Source: Oculina patagonica
Lineage: Eukaryota
Assembly: GCF_052425735.1 (NCBI RefSeq)
Contig: NC_135762.1
Coordinates: 16,492,001-16,556,000 of the forward strand
Length of the DNA stretch: 64,000 bases
Direction of reading: 5' to 3'
Shown: positions 25,701 through 36,140 of the stretch, one piece after another
How positions within the stretch are numbered: position 1 is the stretch's first letter
Layout: the number at the start of each line of letters is the position of its first letter
Program-made: the position numbers and the translations under genes
The notes under the pieces: model-generated
The model's database searches: none
What the model was told of the DNA's origin: nothing
Seen by the model: only the letters and a program-made list of their open reading frames with translations

Positions 25701-25999
25701 ACTCTCGCCATCTTGCAAAGCCTCGAATTTACCATTCGGCACCCATTACACAGGTTCTACAACATTTACAACTTCAAATGCTCAGCCTGGAATTTTTTAC
25801 TTTTAAATGATTTCTTTCTAAGGCAATTTTTACCCAGTGATTAGCGAATTGTAATTCTCACTAGCCTTAATAATTTTTAAATTAGTATTGGAAATCCCTG
25901 TTAGGATATAACCCCTCGTTATTGATAATTCACCAGCTTACCAAGTAAGGACTGCCCATGGAATCTTCTGGCTACACTAAGACCAGCTCTCAGAAACAT
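8450..25999 (-). CDS. NNT: NAD(P) transhydrogenase, mitochondrial (fused alpha-beta, 1089 aa)
   Basis: 15 phase-consistent coding exons: 25942-25999 ([19 protein letters not shown], transit-peptide-like), 23995-24041, 23552-23615, 22876-23132, 21427-21742, 20450-20602, 18879-19135, 17967-18261, 17221-17544, 15553-15741, 13856-14329, 12656-12922, 9508-9747, 9130-9308, 8450-8599; total 3270 nt. Motifs [101 protein letters not shown]. Confidence 0.98.
10430..10680 (+). promoter_or_regulatory. Promoter and non-coding first exon of the nested gene
   Basis: ATTGG (reverse CCAAT) at 10430-10434, TATAAA at 10461-10466, candidate donor TTG|GTAGGT near 10675, candidate acceptor ttcag just before ATG 11068. 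Confidence 0.5.
11068..11970 (+). CDS. Nested antisense gene in NNT intron 9748-12655: 300-aa disordered protein, TP53INP/DOR-like with LIR motif
   Basis: Uninterrupted 903-nt ORF in an AT-rich intron. N-terminus [11 protein letters not shown] and acidic [12 protein letters not shown] resemble TP53INP1/2 (DOR) N-termini; acidic middle, basic C-terminus; TATA upstream and AATAAA at 12166-12171. The family call is less certain than the gene call. Confidence 0.8.
   Translation: MFSSFSSYVWGSPEGVQGPNNEEVLFDDSKVTEDDWVLVEEVKNNSGSQEDGRATSLQTLFEENEPQFTESAKEKVSEPECSSENDNTDLSDKSSLGILFVDKQSDASDKSSLEILFADAQPSEGETQDNSDISMKTDETDFGEKTSLQFLFDESLHNQSTGNNSTSQFTLKPLKPDPPVVLAPNGGQSRHFYNRSYSADFYRGDPEMAIEPTVLRRRHVSRIHKRSGDSATALVGHVVLQKRSKQPGPEGTSGVGRGEETRRRTRRANSVACTQSDNNHGRRRKRTADKFSGKGGRRNC
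13610..13796. mobile_element. Short TIR element remnant with T-poor interior
   Basis: Starts gactgcaacagac and ends gactgttttgctgtcta (degenerate inverted ends). Confidence 0.35.
14760..15257. mobile_element. Tc1/mariner-pogo-like MITE
   Basis: ta|cagttgaaactctct ... agagaggttcaacag ends; repeated acctctctaata/acctctctatta subterminal motifs. Confidence 0.6.
15883..16560. mobile_element. MITE with gatgagagtt/aactctcatc subterminal repeats; interior is an anomalous T-depleted tract
   Basis: gggccaaacaaggatgacagttgatgagagtt pairs with ttctcatcaactctcatcctcgttaatggccc. Confidence 0.65.
19188..19295 (+). mobile_element. tRNA-derived SINE fragment; related copies at about 22330-22650, 30545-30670 (-), 52430-52790, 55100-55360 and 63305-63630
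   Basis: A-box-like ggcctaatggttag, B-box-like region, shared core tgggcaagacacttt and shared 3' part gactagcatcccatccagggggg...aatactcctagtcgcttcatgc. Confidence 0.55.
19332..19650. mobile_element. Fully palindromic MITE with TA TSD
   Basis: ta|cagtcaaaatac ... gtatttgactg|ta; the whole 319 bp folds back around aaccaatttgattggtt. Confidence 0.8.
20646..21243. mobile_element. Degenerate pogo/Tc1-like MITE
   Basis: ta|cagtggaaccccgatataacaaa ... ttcgttacaacagggtttcatt. Confidence 0.45.
21881..22227. mobile_element. MITE with cccagggggtac / gtaccccctggg ends
   Basis: Terminal inverted repeats, internal acccaaaaaaatcc repeats, and catgtaag present on both flanks. Confidence 0.55.
22757..22795. 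repeat. (TAAA)n microsatellite
   Basis: Direct reading. Confidence 0.9.
24114..25535. mobile_element. 1.4-kb non-autonomous Tc1/mariner-type element, TA TSD
   Basis: ta|cagtactgtgcaaaagtaatgcaaacgaaattcgtcgaaattcg ... cgaatttcgacgaatttcgtttgcattacttttgcacaatactg|ta; dense cgaaattcg subterminal repeats; no transposase ORF. Confidence 0.85.
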
Positions 26000-26130
26000 C
26001 CTAATGCAGGGCCTGGAGTGAATAAAACATATTGTTATGAGAATACACAATAACTAGTGTTCAAAATAGCGGCATTTCGTAAAAGCTTTTGCATTAAATG
26101 CACCTTTCAAAAACCCATCAATTCGGCTTA

Positions 26131-26914
26131 CCGTAGTTATTCGGTTATAAGGCGCACTTGGTTATAAGACTTGGCAACATTGTTATGCTAAGTTTACAAA
26201 CTGAAAATTCTCCAAAAACACTCGGTTAAAAGACGCACCATGAGTTGGAGAGTTGAAAAGATGTAGTGATCAATTTAAGGACAGCTTTTTCTTACAAAAT
26301 TTGAATGTTTGAATGTTGTTCATACTCCTTGGCACAATCTTCAAGTAAAAAGCTAACATTTCCTGCTAAAAAAAAAAGGTACATCCACTTGAGCAAAACA
26401 TCTTTCCATCGTTCTGAGCTGCTGAGTAACCTGGCAGATGTGTAGTTACCAGTGACACTGAGTTTGTAGCTCGGTTACCAAGTCCTCAAGCATGCTTCGT
26501 ATCGCTACGAACTTTGTTTTTCGAGTGTTTTTCAAAGATTCTCAAGCTTTTTTGGTGTTTTCCTTGTCTTCTAAAGTCATTTTCCACTTTCCACGCTTGG
26601 TTTTCTTTGTCTAATTTCGACAAAATGCTGGCATATACAGGTGTTACTTAAACTTGTTTTATATCCCGCGATAAAAAACTTTGCGTTTAAACTAAATGTT
26701 CCTTATATCTTTAATATTGTAAAAGTCAATAAACAACATTAAGTGTTTTCATTTCTCTTGTTTTAACTGTAAGTTCCAGTAAAATGGCGATCATAAGATT
26801 TTGTTGGGCGAAAATACTCGGCTATAAGACGCACCCCAATTTTCGCATGAACTTCCCACAGAAAAACAGATTTTTCTCGATAAAACCGTGCGCCTTGTAA
26901 CCGAATAACTACGG
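26131..26914. mobile_element. pogo/Tigger-like MITE, TA TSD
   Basis: ta|ccgtagttattcggttataaggcgcac ... gtgcgccttgtaaccgaataactacgg|ta. Confidence 0.85.
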
Positions 26915-27200
26915 TAATTAAAGGTTGCCATTTTTGCTTGTTCTTTTCAAAGTGTTCAAACAGGTCTTATCTATGGGTTGCAATTGGTATATTTCAATCC
27001 ATTTTCTTTCGTTCTTCTTCACAATTCCTCGATCATCGTCATCATTATGATTGACGGCAGCTTTAAAATGCAGTCATTAGTTAGGTTTTGAAATTTATAG
27101 TTTGCAGCGTAGTAACTAAAACAAAAGTAATCACTTAGGGTAATTCATAACAAATGCAACTTTAGCTCAGTTTGAACCAATCAGAAATTAAACGATATAG

Positions 27201-27669
27201 CAGGGTTGGAAACTAAAATTTCGGAGCACTCGCCATCTGGGCAAGTGACCTTCAAATTGCGCTCGCCCAGATCAATTTTCTCTCGCCAAGTCTCCTCCAT
27301 TAAAGAAAGGAAAATTTAGCCCCCCTCCCCTGCAATCTATTTCTTGAATGAAATATCGCCAAAAAAGACTTTACTTCACAATTTAACCATGAGCATGCTT
27401 ACTTCAAAAGTTGAAATGCAGTTTTTAATTTATACGTCTTCCCAAACTCCTGTATGTTGCAAGCAAAGTGTCGAAATTGTACAGAAAAAGAGGCAGAAAA
27501 AGCAATCTTTCCTCAATTAATGGATCAGTGGACGCTTATTTTGAAAACTATATTCGGCTGGATATGAAAATCGTACTCGCCAAACCGGGCGAGTGATCCG
27601 TGATTTGTACTCGCCCGACAGTTTTCACACTCGCCTGGGCGAGTGGGCGAGCGCCAACTTCCAACCCTG
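27201..27669. mobile_element. hAT-like MITE with 5-bp TSD (TATAG)
   Basis: tatag|cagggttggaa ... ttccaaccctg|tatag; repeated actcgcc subterminal motifs. Confidence 0.8.
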
Positions 27670-29037
27670 TATAGCCTACGCAATCACTAAAAAAAATGAA
27701 GCGTAGGCCAAAATGATATCATGGATGTTTTTTAATTCAACCCTGATTAGAATTGGTAGAGAAAAATTGCCAGCATATTTGGTCCTTCTCGTTAAAACAT
27801 GTTGCTTGACTTTTTTGGTCAAAATTAAGCTAATTTTAAACTCATGATTCAGTACTACCAAAATGTGAAGCATCATCAGCTATTGTGGGAAATGTAAAAC
27901 TGCCATGAAATTTTAACCGTTTGTTAGTTTCAAAGTGGTCACAACAATATAATAAAAAATATGGGGGTGGGGGTGTGTCGGGGGGTGGGTAAAGATAATT
28001 ATACATATCATTATCAACATAACGGCAAAAAGAATACTTTAAATGGTTGCACCAAAATCAAAAGCTTAATATTCCTTCAAAAGGAAGAAAGGCATGGAAT
28101 ACTATGCATATACACCATCTAATGTGTGAGGTATACAGGTCAATACAGTGACAGACTACTACACTTACATGTACATGTAGGTGTTGTTTATGTTAACAAT
28201 CTAAGGTCAATTCCTTACTTTATTGTCCTATTTGCAATAGAATTACTTATCTTCAAATCGATATTTTAAGTTGTCATGATTAAGCGCGCACAAACAAAAT
28301 GTTTTTCAAATTTCTTTATAGGTTAACTTACATTGTATGTTCTATATAAATAAGTTGTTGTATATTGATGAGGAATGTGCTGTGTGTATTGATTTCATTT
28401 TAGGCCACAGCACAGTTGAATTAAAGAACACAAAATGTGTGAAATTGCGTTTAACACAAGAGATAAACTTAACAAACTAATTTGCGTGAGTAAAATGATT
28501 TTATGTTTCCTGCAGCAGGGTGAATCTGTCCACGTGTGACCATTCTAAAAGATTTAACACCTTTCTTAATTTGTTACCCTCCTCCAGTTACAATTACAAC
28601 TTTGCAGTATGGCACGCAATTTATTTAGTTCTGTAAGCCTTCCTAATTCAGCTACAGCTACAGCTACAGAGAAATTCGCAAAATTACCACTAAAGTACAC
28701 TGATTTCTATATGTAAGCTGATATTGTATGAGCTGATTGACTCGGATCGATTCGTTTGTGCCGGCGAACGAGCACAAACCACAACTGCTTGTAAAGTTTA
28801 TTATGAAGAATACCGTCAAGTCGAAGTTTACTCATCAACCCGATAACTAAAGCTATACTTGAAATTCGCTATCGTAGTTTTGTTATTATTCTTCCGCATT
28901 TATAATTGAAACGATTGTGATCTTCAGTGACCGGCACATCATGGAAGCTGGCGCCATTTTATTTAGGCTTACTTCAAAGCGTTATAGCTTAAGGATGGTC
29001 ATTTAGAATAAAAGAATAAAAAGAAACCATTTCCTAC

Positions 29038-29210
29038 CTTGTTCGGTGTCCTTATGAAGGACTCCCTTCTACTTAATTCCTCGTGTAGGAAAATTCTAAA
29101 GAGAGTAAACGGTGCAAGCCCGAGCCCTCCAAGAACAGAAGGCCTGGTCACTTAGTCAAGGTCAACACAAACAAACCGCGTGAACCAATCAGAAATTTAG
29201 CCAATCAGCA
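29038..29210 (-). promoter_or_regulatory. Probable NNT non-coding first exon and proximal promoter
   Basis: Minus-strand donor AAG|GTAGGA at 29038/29037; the ATG exon begins at an acceptor only 1 nt before the ATG (26000), so an upstream exon is required. Tandem CCAAT boxes at 29185-29189 and 29201-29205; TCAAGGTCA at 29156-29164. Confidence 0.55.
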
Positions 29211-31703
29211 ATCACCAGCTCATTCCCTTGGGTGCAATCCCGCCAAACTTGAATGACTTGCTAGGAAGGGCTGGGCTGTACCCTATCCCGGGACCCTATG
29301 TAGGTCTTCTTTCTTTGATTAAAAAAAGTAAAAACAGACAAACAAGCAAACAAACAAACAAAAAAGCCGTCGTGTTGGTTGAATCGAGCGAGAGAAGAAA
29401 AATCCTCGCTCGTCGCCCGTTTTCGTCGCTTCACTTTGACTGCGAAGTAGAAAAGAGAAACCCTTCATTGACTTCAAATGTCACTTGCCATGCCCGCCAT
29501 CACAGGCAACAGTAGTTTTTTTCAGTGTAATTAGGTATCTTCTAGATTTGGGAGGAAGAAAATCTTATTATATAGTCTGGATAAAAAAGAGTTCTATAAA
29601 AGAATACAGTGTAGTCGGGTAATCGAGAAGTTTATTTTTGCGCTCGAGCGCGCGCGCTTCCATCAGATGCGACTATAAACAATCTCATTGGCTGATTTTT
29701 GCACGCGCGTTTTTCCCATTGTTATGTCATAAAGGAAAGTTTTTCAGTCGCAAAACAAATCCGTTTGCTTCAGACGTGTTTTTGCAAAGAGATAAAGTTT
29801 CTTATTAAACTGCTCAAAATGGGTATCGCTTGGAGTTCATACAAAGAAAAAAAAAAAGAGAAAAAGGAACTAAAAAGGTTTGACTGTTATTTCGTCGTTT
29901 TTGCTTGCGATTTACGAAATCAACGAAAATACCGACGCGCCAAGCGCCGTAGGAAAGACTGATCTGACTAAAAAAAGTTTTTTAAAAGAACATATCTTCG
30001 TTCTCACAAGCGTTCCGCTGCCAAAGTTTATAATGCGACGGATCAACAACGTTAAACAATCAACCAGTACTCTTTCTATTCAGTGCGCACTGTTGGTGGT
30101 ACTGTTACATTTCAGAAAACAGATTTAAGATTTTTTTCGAAGTACAAATTTAAAGATAAAAATAGTGAAATGTATATCGGGAGTGCCTTTCAAATACTGT
30201 AAGGAAGCTGTCAATAGTCAGACATTTCGGAGATATCCCCTCTTTCAGCATTTGTAAATGTCTCAAAGACAAAACGGTTTTCTCTTTGAGACATCTACGA
30301 ACACTGGTGACAAGGTTTATATTCCGAAACGTCTGACTGTTTTTTCTTTTCAGTATTTTAAAGGTACCCCCAATATAAGTTTCACTATTTTAATGTTACA
30401 TTTCAGTACGGCGACACAAAGCAATTTGATTACTCCAAAGAGAAAACGGCCAAGTTTACTTTTGAAATTATGTTTGAAAAGTCGGCGTTCGATGCTATTG
30501 ACCCATAACGGCAAGTGCTTTGCTTGTCCATGGCTCGCATGACTGTAAGCTTCTAGGAGTATTTCTATTCCATCCCTGGATGGGATGCTAGTCCATTGCA
30601 GAGCTACCCTCTAGCATTAAATTCGCCGGTACACATTTATACACTACCTAGTGTACGTGAGAGGGAGGCACTGCAAGGGAATTCTGGTCCCTATAGCCGC
30701 TTGTTAACTGGGCGGTTAGTCCAGTTCATAGATTCGGTAGCTCATTATACAATTTATACCTCATTCTCCCTGCTGTTTCGTTAATGAGGTTTTGTTGTTG
30801 GCGTATATTTTGAAGGAAAAGGAGAGACGTCATGCGATGTTGTGTAGATTTAGGAGGAACGCTAGGAATGAGTTTAATGACAGGGGAGGAAGCAGGTAAA
30901 TGCGAAGTTTTCGGGACGAAAAGATTAAAAAAGTTGTGCCAAAAACGCCATTTTGAATAATAGCGGACATATTTGACCGGTGGAGACTAGAGGGATCGTG
31001 GACTCTGGGGACGAGAATGGCGAGTCGCAGCCTGAATGTGCGTTTGGAATCCAAATGAACCGAAAAGGAATTTTCTAAGGATGACAGGAAGAATTTCTTG
31101 TGAGAGGAGGTTGAATTAGGCTGTGCACTGAAGGCAGACGGTGATGAGAGACGAGTTCAGGTATGACATGTGTTTATAATAGAATGTAGTTTGCGCGTTC
31201 CTATGTTTATTGACTTTTATTGCCAGCTTTCGCTTTGATTTTGGACCGGCGATCCAATTATTAAAACAACTTGAACTGTTTAGTGAAGTAAGAATACTCA
31301 AAGCAATGGTCGTCGGGTTATTGTTTTTGGTTCTTAAAGAGAATTTTATCGGCATTGCATTATGTATATTTTTGGAAGAAATGCGTGGTGTACGTTTTTG
31401 GCTGTGTTTGCTAGATCTGGTTTTGTTTGGCCAGAAAATTACTGAATTATTAGCTTAACATATTTCTTTTACCCTTTGTTCGCTTTTTGGAGGCAAAGTT
31501 ATTTTGGCTACTGTGTGCAACATTGAAGGTGATATAAAGATAACTGATATCCGTTTGCTTCAAATCTGTTTATATAAAGCTCGGGGAACTTGCTACAAAA
31601 CGGAAATAATTTTTGAAACTGCATGAAGCTGATATTGCATGGCTAAAAATAGTTGCCTAAGTTCATGATGGTGCATGCTCTCATTATAGTCGCTACATAT
31701 AGA

Positions 31704-32349
31704 GGGTTGTCCTGAAACCTGGAATGCCAGAAACCCGGAATGCCGGAATGCCGGAAATCCAGATAAGAAAGCCCGGAATCCTAAAACCCGGAATGACCTT
31801 TTTGTGTACGCCTTTTTTCAATAAAATACGTGGAAATATGTTATTATTTAATTTTTTTTTGGGGGGGGAGGGGATTGGGAAGTTTGTTACGGGTTTCCAA
31901 TTACGTTGACGTCGACTATTTGGTCAAACAAATGTTTTGCAACTTGAGCCACAAGAATCACTGGAATATTCCCCTCGTAACTTGTTTCCTTTAAAATCAT
32001 TGAGTTCAGATATCGCCATTACTTTGAAACAACATGTTTTGTTTCTCCTCTACTAGCTAAATTGCGAAGTTCAGTCGGGCCGAAATTTGAAACTTTGTAT
32101 CGAAATTGACAATTTGATTCGCTAACTCGCAACGTAATTGGAAACTCGTAACAAACTTCCCAATCCCCCCCCCCCCCCCAAAAAAAAAAATAAATAAATA
32201 ATAACATATTTCCACGTATTTTATTGAAAAAAGGCGTACACAAAAAGGTCATTCCGGGTTTTAAGATTCCGGGCTTTCTTATCCGGATTTCCGGCATTCC
32301 GGGTTTCAGGCATTCCGGGTTTCCGGCATTCCGGGTTTTAGGACAACCC
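31704..32349. mobile_element. Mutator-like (MULE) MITE with about 200-bp TIRs and 9-bp TSD
   Basis: acatataga|gggttgtcct ... aggacaaccc|acatataga; arms contain ccggaat repeats. Confidence 0.88.
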
Positions 32350-34616
32350 ACATATAGATCTGCTACGAAATGGAATGAAGTTGTTTAAAAACCGATAGCC
32401 TATTGAATTTTGGTCATACACCGATACAAGCAATTTGTTCTTTAAAAAGAAAAAAACCTGGCGGTTTGCTGCTGTGTGAGAGTTTTAGGGCCAGTGTTAA
32501 CATGACACATGAATGACTCATTCCGGAACAAGTTAATCCCATCCCGATATATTTCACTCTATCTGTTTACATGATACCAAGACAAAAGTCAAGTCATTCC
32601 CGAATGAGTTCATTCCGGTTTTTAAATGAATTTGATTCCGAGATGAAACCGCATCTTGTGAAACCACATACAGAGGTCACAGTTTGAACTCAAATGTAAA
32701 GTTTGAAAAAAAATGTAAATTATTGCGTTTACTGTTTAGCCCGAAGAAGCAGCCCTATGGTCAAATTGCTTGTTAAAATTGCAGATTAATAGCCATCATG
32801 AGCATTAAAAATACCGGTAACATGTTTGCTCAAAACATGCGCCATCTTGTTTTGATCTTGAGTGAAAACTACGCACGTGAAAACGACTTTGGTTGAGCTG
32901 GTCGATTATGTCATGTGGAATGTATGCAGTCAACGAACTTCATTGTGAACTTGTTCCGAAATATAAGTCATTCTGAAACTATATGTAAACAGGCCCTGAC
33001 ATGTGCAAGCAGCAAGGCGTGTGAGGCATGGCAGCGAGGTATATGAGGCAAAAATCCCTACTCCAAATGAAAAGGTTTAAATCGGAGTGCTATATTTAAG
33101 CTATCTGATCTGCTATTTAGCTGGCTTACTAGAATGGATCGCACACCTTGCTGCCTCGCACTTTTGTGACGACCTGCTGTATGACCCCTTATAATCGACT
33201 GTCTTTACTAACCCGGTGGAAGTCGTCATTCAAAATATGGATATCACAGAACTGTAAATTGTAGATCACTACAGCAAGGTTTTTTGGTGTTGTGTTCATG
33301 TGTATACATAGTACTCGTGTGTGGAAAAATTCACTGCATTTAGTGGGTTATTTGTTTAGTGTTGTTTTGTTTGTACGCACTGTGACCAGTGATTTTTTTT
33401 TTCCTCCCTTCCCCTCAGGCATTAGCAGGCCATTCACTTGTTATGCAAGTGAAAGAAAGTAAAATCCCAGGTACCTGGGAGAAAAGTGAGTGGGGGGACT
33501 CCCCTGCCTCTTATGTTCTCCCACCATGGAACTCCTTCGTAAAATACTTATAATACCATGCAATCAAGTGTAAAGGTGGATGACGATAACTTGCAGGACT
33601 GTCATTAAGTTTTTATGCAGCCAAACATTGAAGTTATCACCCGTAGCATTTAATTCTGAATGCAACTTGTAAAGTAACACCAATCAAAATGTTTACCTGT
33701 AACATTGAGTGAGCTCATGATCAGCCGTAACAGGTGTTACGGGTTACAGCCCTTAATGACAGCCCTGGATAAGGGATGATAACATTGTTGGTAGCTGTGA
33801 AATGAATTCTTTATCTTACCTTCTCAATTGTGGTGCTTTCAAGATATTTACTATACTTAATCGTTTATTTTTTTAAAGGTGTTATTTGGACTTGTGAAAA
33901 TTTAAAAAGAAAATTTGACAGGTGAACTCACGTAAAAATGCAAGGTGAGATTGTGTGAGTCCTTCTTGGGTTGCTGTATGTTCATCCCACGTGGGATGCT
34001 GCCTAAAGGATTCTAAAATGACCTGAGTGGGGTGTCACCTAGGATCCTGCTAATTACTCCAGGTGGGATCCCACTCGAGATACCTGCTGCTAATTCCACA
34101 TGGAATTTTAGCTACGGTGCATTGATCCCAGGGGGGATCCCACCTGGGATCCTAACTTAAGTTCTAGGCAGGATCTCAGCTGGAATCCCATCTAATTCTA
34201 GGTCTCTACGCATATTATCTGAAGTGGTAATTCCACATGATTAGGCAAAAAAGATATATTAATTAGCTGTCTTACAGTAGATAACAACAGAATCAATACA
34301 CTGTAGTGTTGTCATTTGAGTTTGATATATTCAATGTAGTCATCTCATTCATCATAAATACATTGTAATTCCATTCATGTGGCCACCAATGAGCCACAAG
34401 GTGACAATATTAAAGCTAGGTGTTCTTTAAACAAGAAAATGACTGGTACTGAGCATTTGCTCAGGTCAACTTGAAGGGGCTTTATAATTATTATAGGTAG
34501 GTGATTGTATTAATGGGGTGGTGGTAATGGACTTGGCCCATTATTATTGTTTTTTGATTAAGTAAAATTACTGAAAAGTTTTTTCAATAACTCAATTTTG
34601 TTTTTGTTTATTTAAG

Positions 34617-34870
34617 GAGTTATAATAGTTTCAACAACTGATGGGAACAAAGTGGTGCAAGGAACACTGCTGCTATCATCTGCATACCTAAATCTGGAAA
34701 GGCTGTATTAGCTCACATGAAGGGAGAAAAAGGTTGCTTTTTATGTGAAGATAAAGGCGATGGGTTGGCAATGGCTTACAGAGATTTTGGCTTTACAGCA
34801 CAGGCATGTTGCTCCACATGATACCCATGGAAAAGTTGTTATCCGGAACGTTATTTAAAATGGAGAACAG
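34617..34870 (+). pseudogene. Degenerate transposase-like exon (CACTA/EnSpm-type guess)
   Basis: Bounded by splice sites; disrupted translation GTLLLSSA...MKGEKGCFLCEDKG resembles the G-C-x2-C region of CACTA transposases. Confidence 0.3.
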
Positions 34871-35612
34871 GTACGGCCTCGTACCCAGACGCCTCTCTTG
34901 TTCTCGCTTTGTCGGAGAAAGAAAATTGAGGCACCTGAGGAGGAGGTAGGGACAGGTAAGTGTTACTAGCAGTTATTGTATGCTGTTACTAACCAGTTAA
35001 TTATTTTCAATACAAGTTTTTTTTTAACTTTTTCATGTATCCAACACTTATTAATTAACATGATATATCTTCTTCTGTCAATCATATGGAGGTGATATCC
35101 TGAAGGGAGAGATGAAATGGAAGTGAAGTTCACCATTAGTTAGTCCGTCTGATCAAAACCAGTGAAGTTGATAATGACATGCCTTGACCACCTTATAAAT
35201 AATTTACTGAATTTTATTTTTTTTATTGAGGTCAATGGGATATTATTAATGGTGCTTCTGTGTCTTTGCTGTTTAAATAATTTGACCTCGTGGTGTGTTA
35301 ACTACAATTGTCAAGGTCATTAAAAATTTTAATTATTGAATATCAAGTTAATAAATCATTAAAATGATTTATAAACTTGATATTCAAGCTTCAGAATACA
35401 GAAATTAGCCTCTCTACTAGTATTGAAAGGTGTCTGCATTTATATGGCAGATTTTCCATATGTATTATGTTCAAATAATCCGATGAACTGTTGGACAATT
35501 TCTACAGATTGACGACAGTACTTTATGGTTAGATATGAATTGGTTGATGCTTTGGCATACAATTTTCATGTCAGTGCACCTGCATAACTCATAAGTGCAC
35601 AGCTAATAGTAT

Positions 35613-36140
35613 TTCCGAAATGATTCGATTTAGCACCCGGGGGGCTTATTTACTTTTGGCACCTCATGGAAGGGCGCTTATTGAGACAGGGCACTTATTT
35701 AATTTTTTGAGAAAAAACCAAATGTTCAAAACAAAACTTAAATATATATTGAAATAACTAACAATAACAGAAACTGTCAGTAACAAATTGTTGAAAGTTC
35801 AGTTACTTTTAAAAGAATTGTTTATTTTAGCAGTAAATATATACATGTTCCGTCCGGTGAATGTTTGTGAGTTTATCTTTTCGACATTGATGACATTTTC
35901 ATCCCCAGAGGCCGCAATCCTTTTGGGAAGGAGAATGCATCGATGACTTCAATAGGGGTGGTTATCCACAATAGGAGGGGGGGGGGTATTAGAATAGAGG
36001 CTCATAACAATGGGGCACTTATTAGAATAGAGGCTCTTATTGGAATAGGGGCGCTTATTGACAAAAACACATTCGAAGGGGGCGCTTATTCGGAAGGGGG
36101 CGCTTATTGGAAGGAGGGCGCTTAATCGAATCATTACAGT
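35613..36140. mobile_element. MITE with ggggcgcttatt subterminal repeats
   Basis: aatgattcgatttagcacc pairs with ggcgcttaatcgaatcatt. Confidence 0.65.

Noticed and set aside
31724-32351. Paired ORFs with PGMPEIRIRKPGILKPG
   Set aside because: Translations of inverted MULE-MITE arms.
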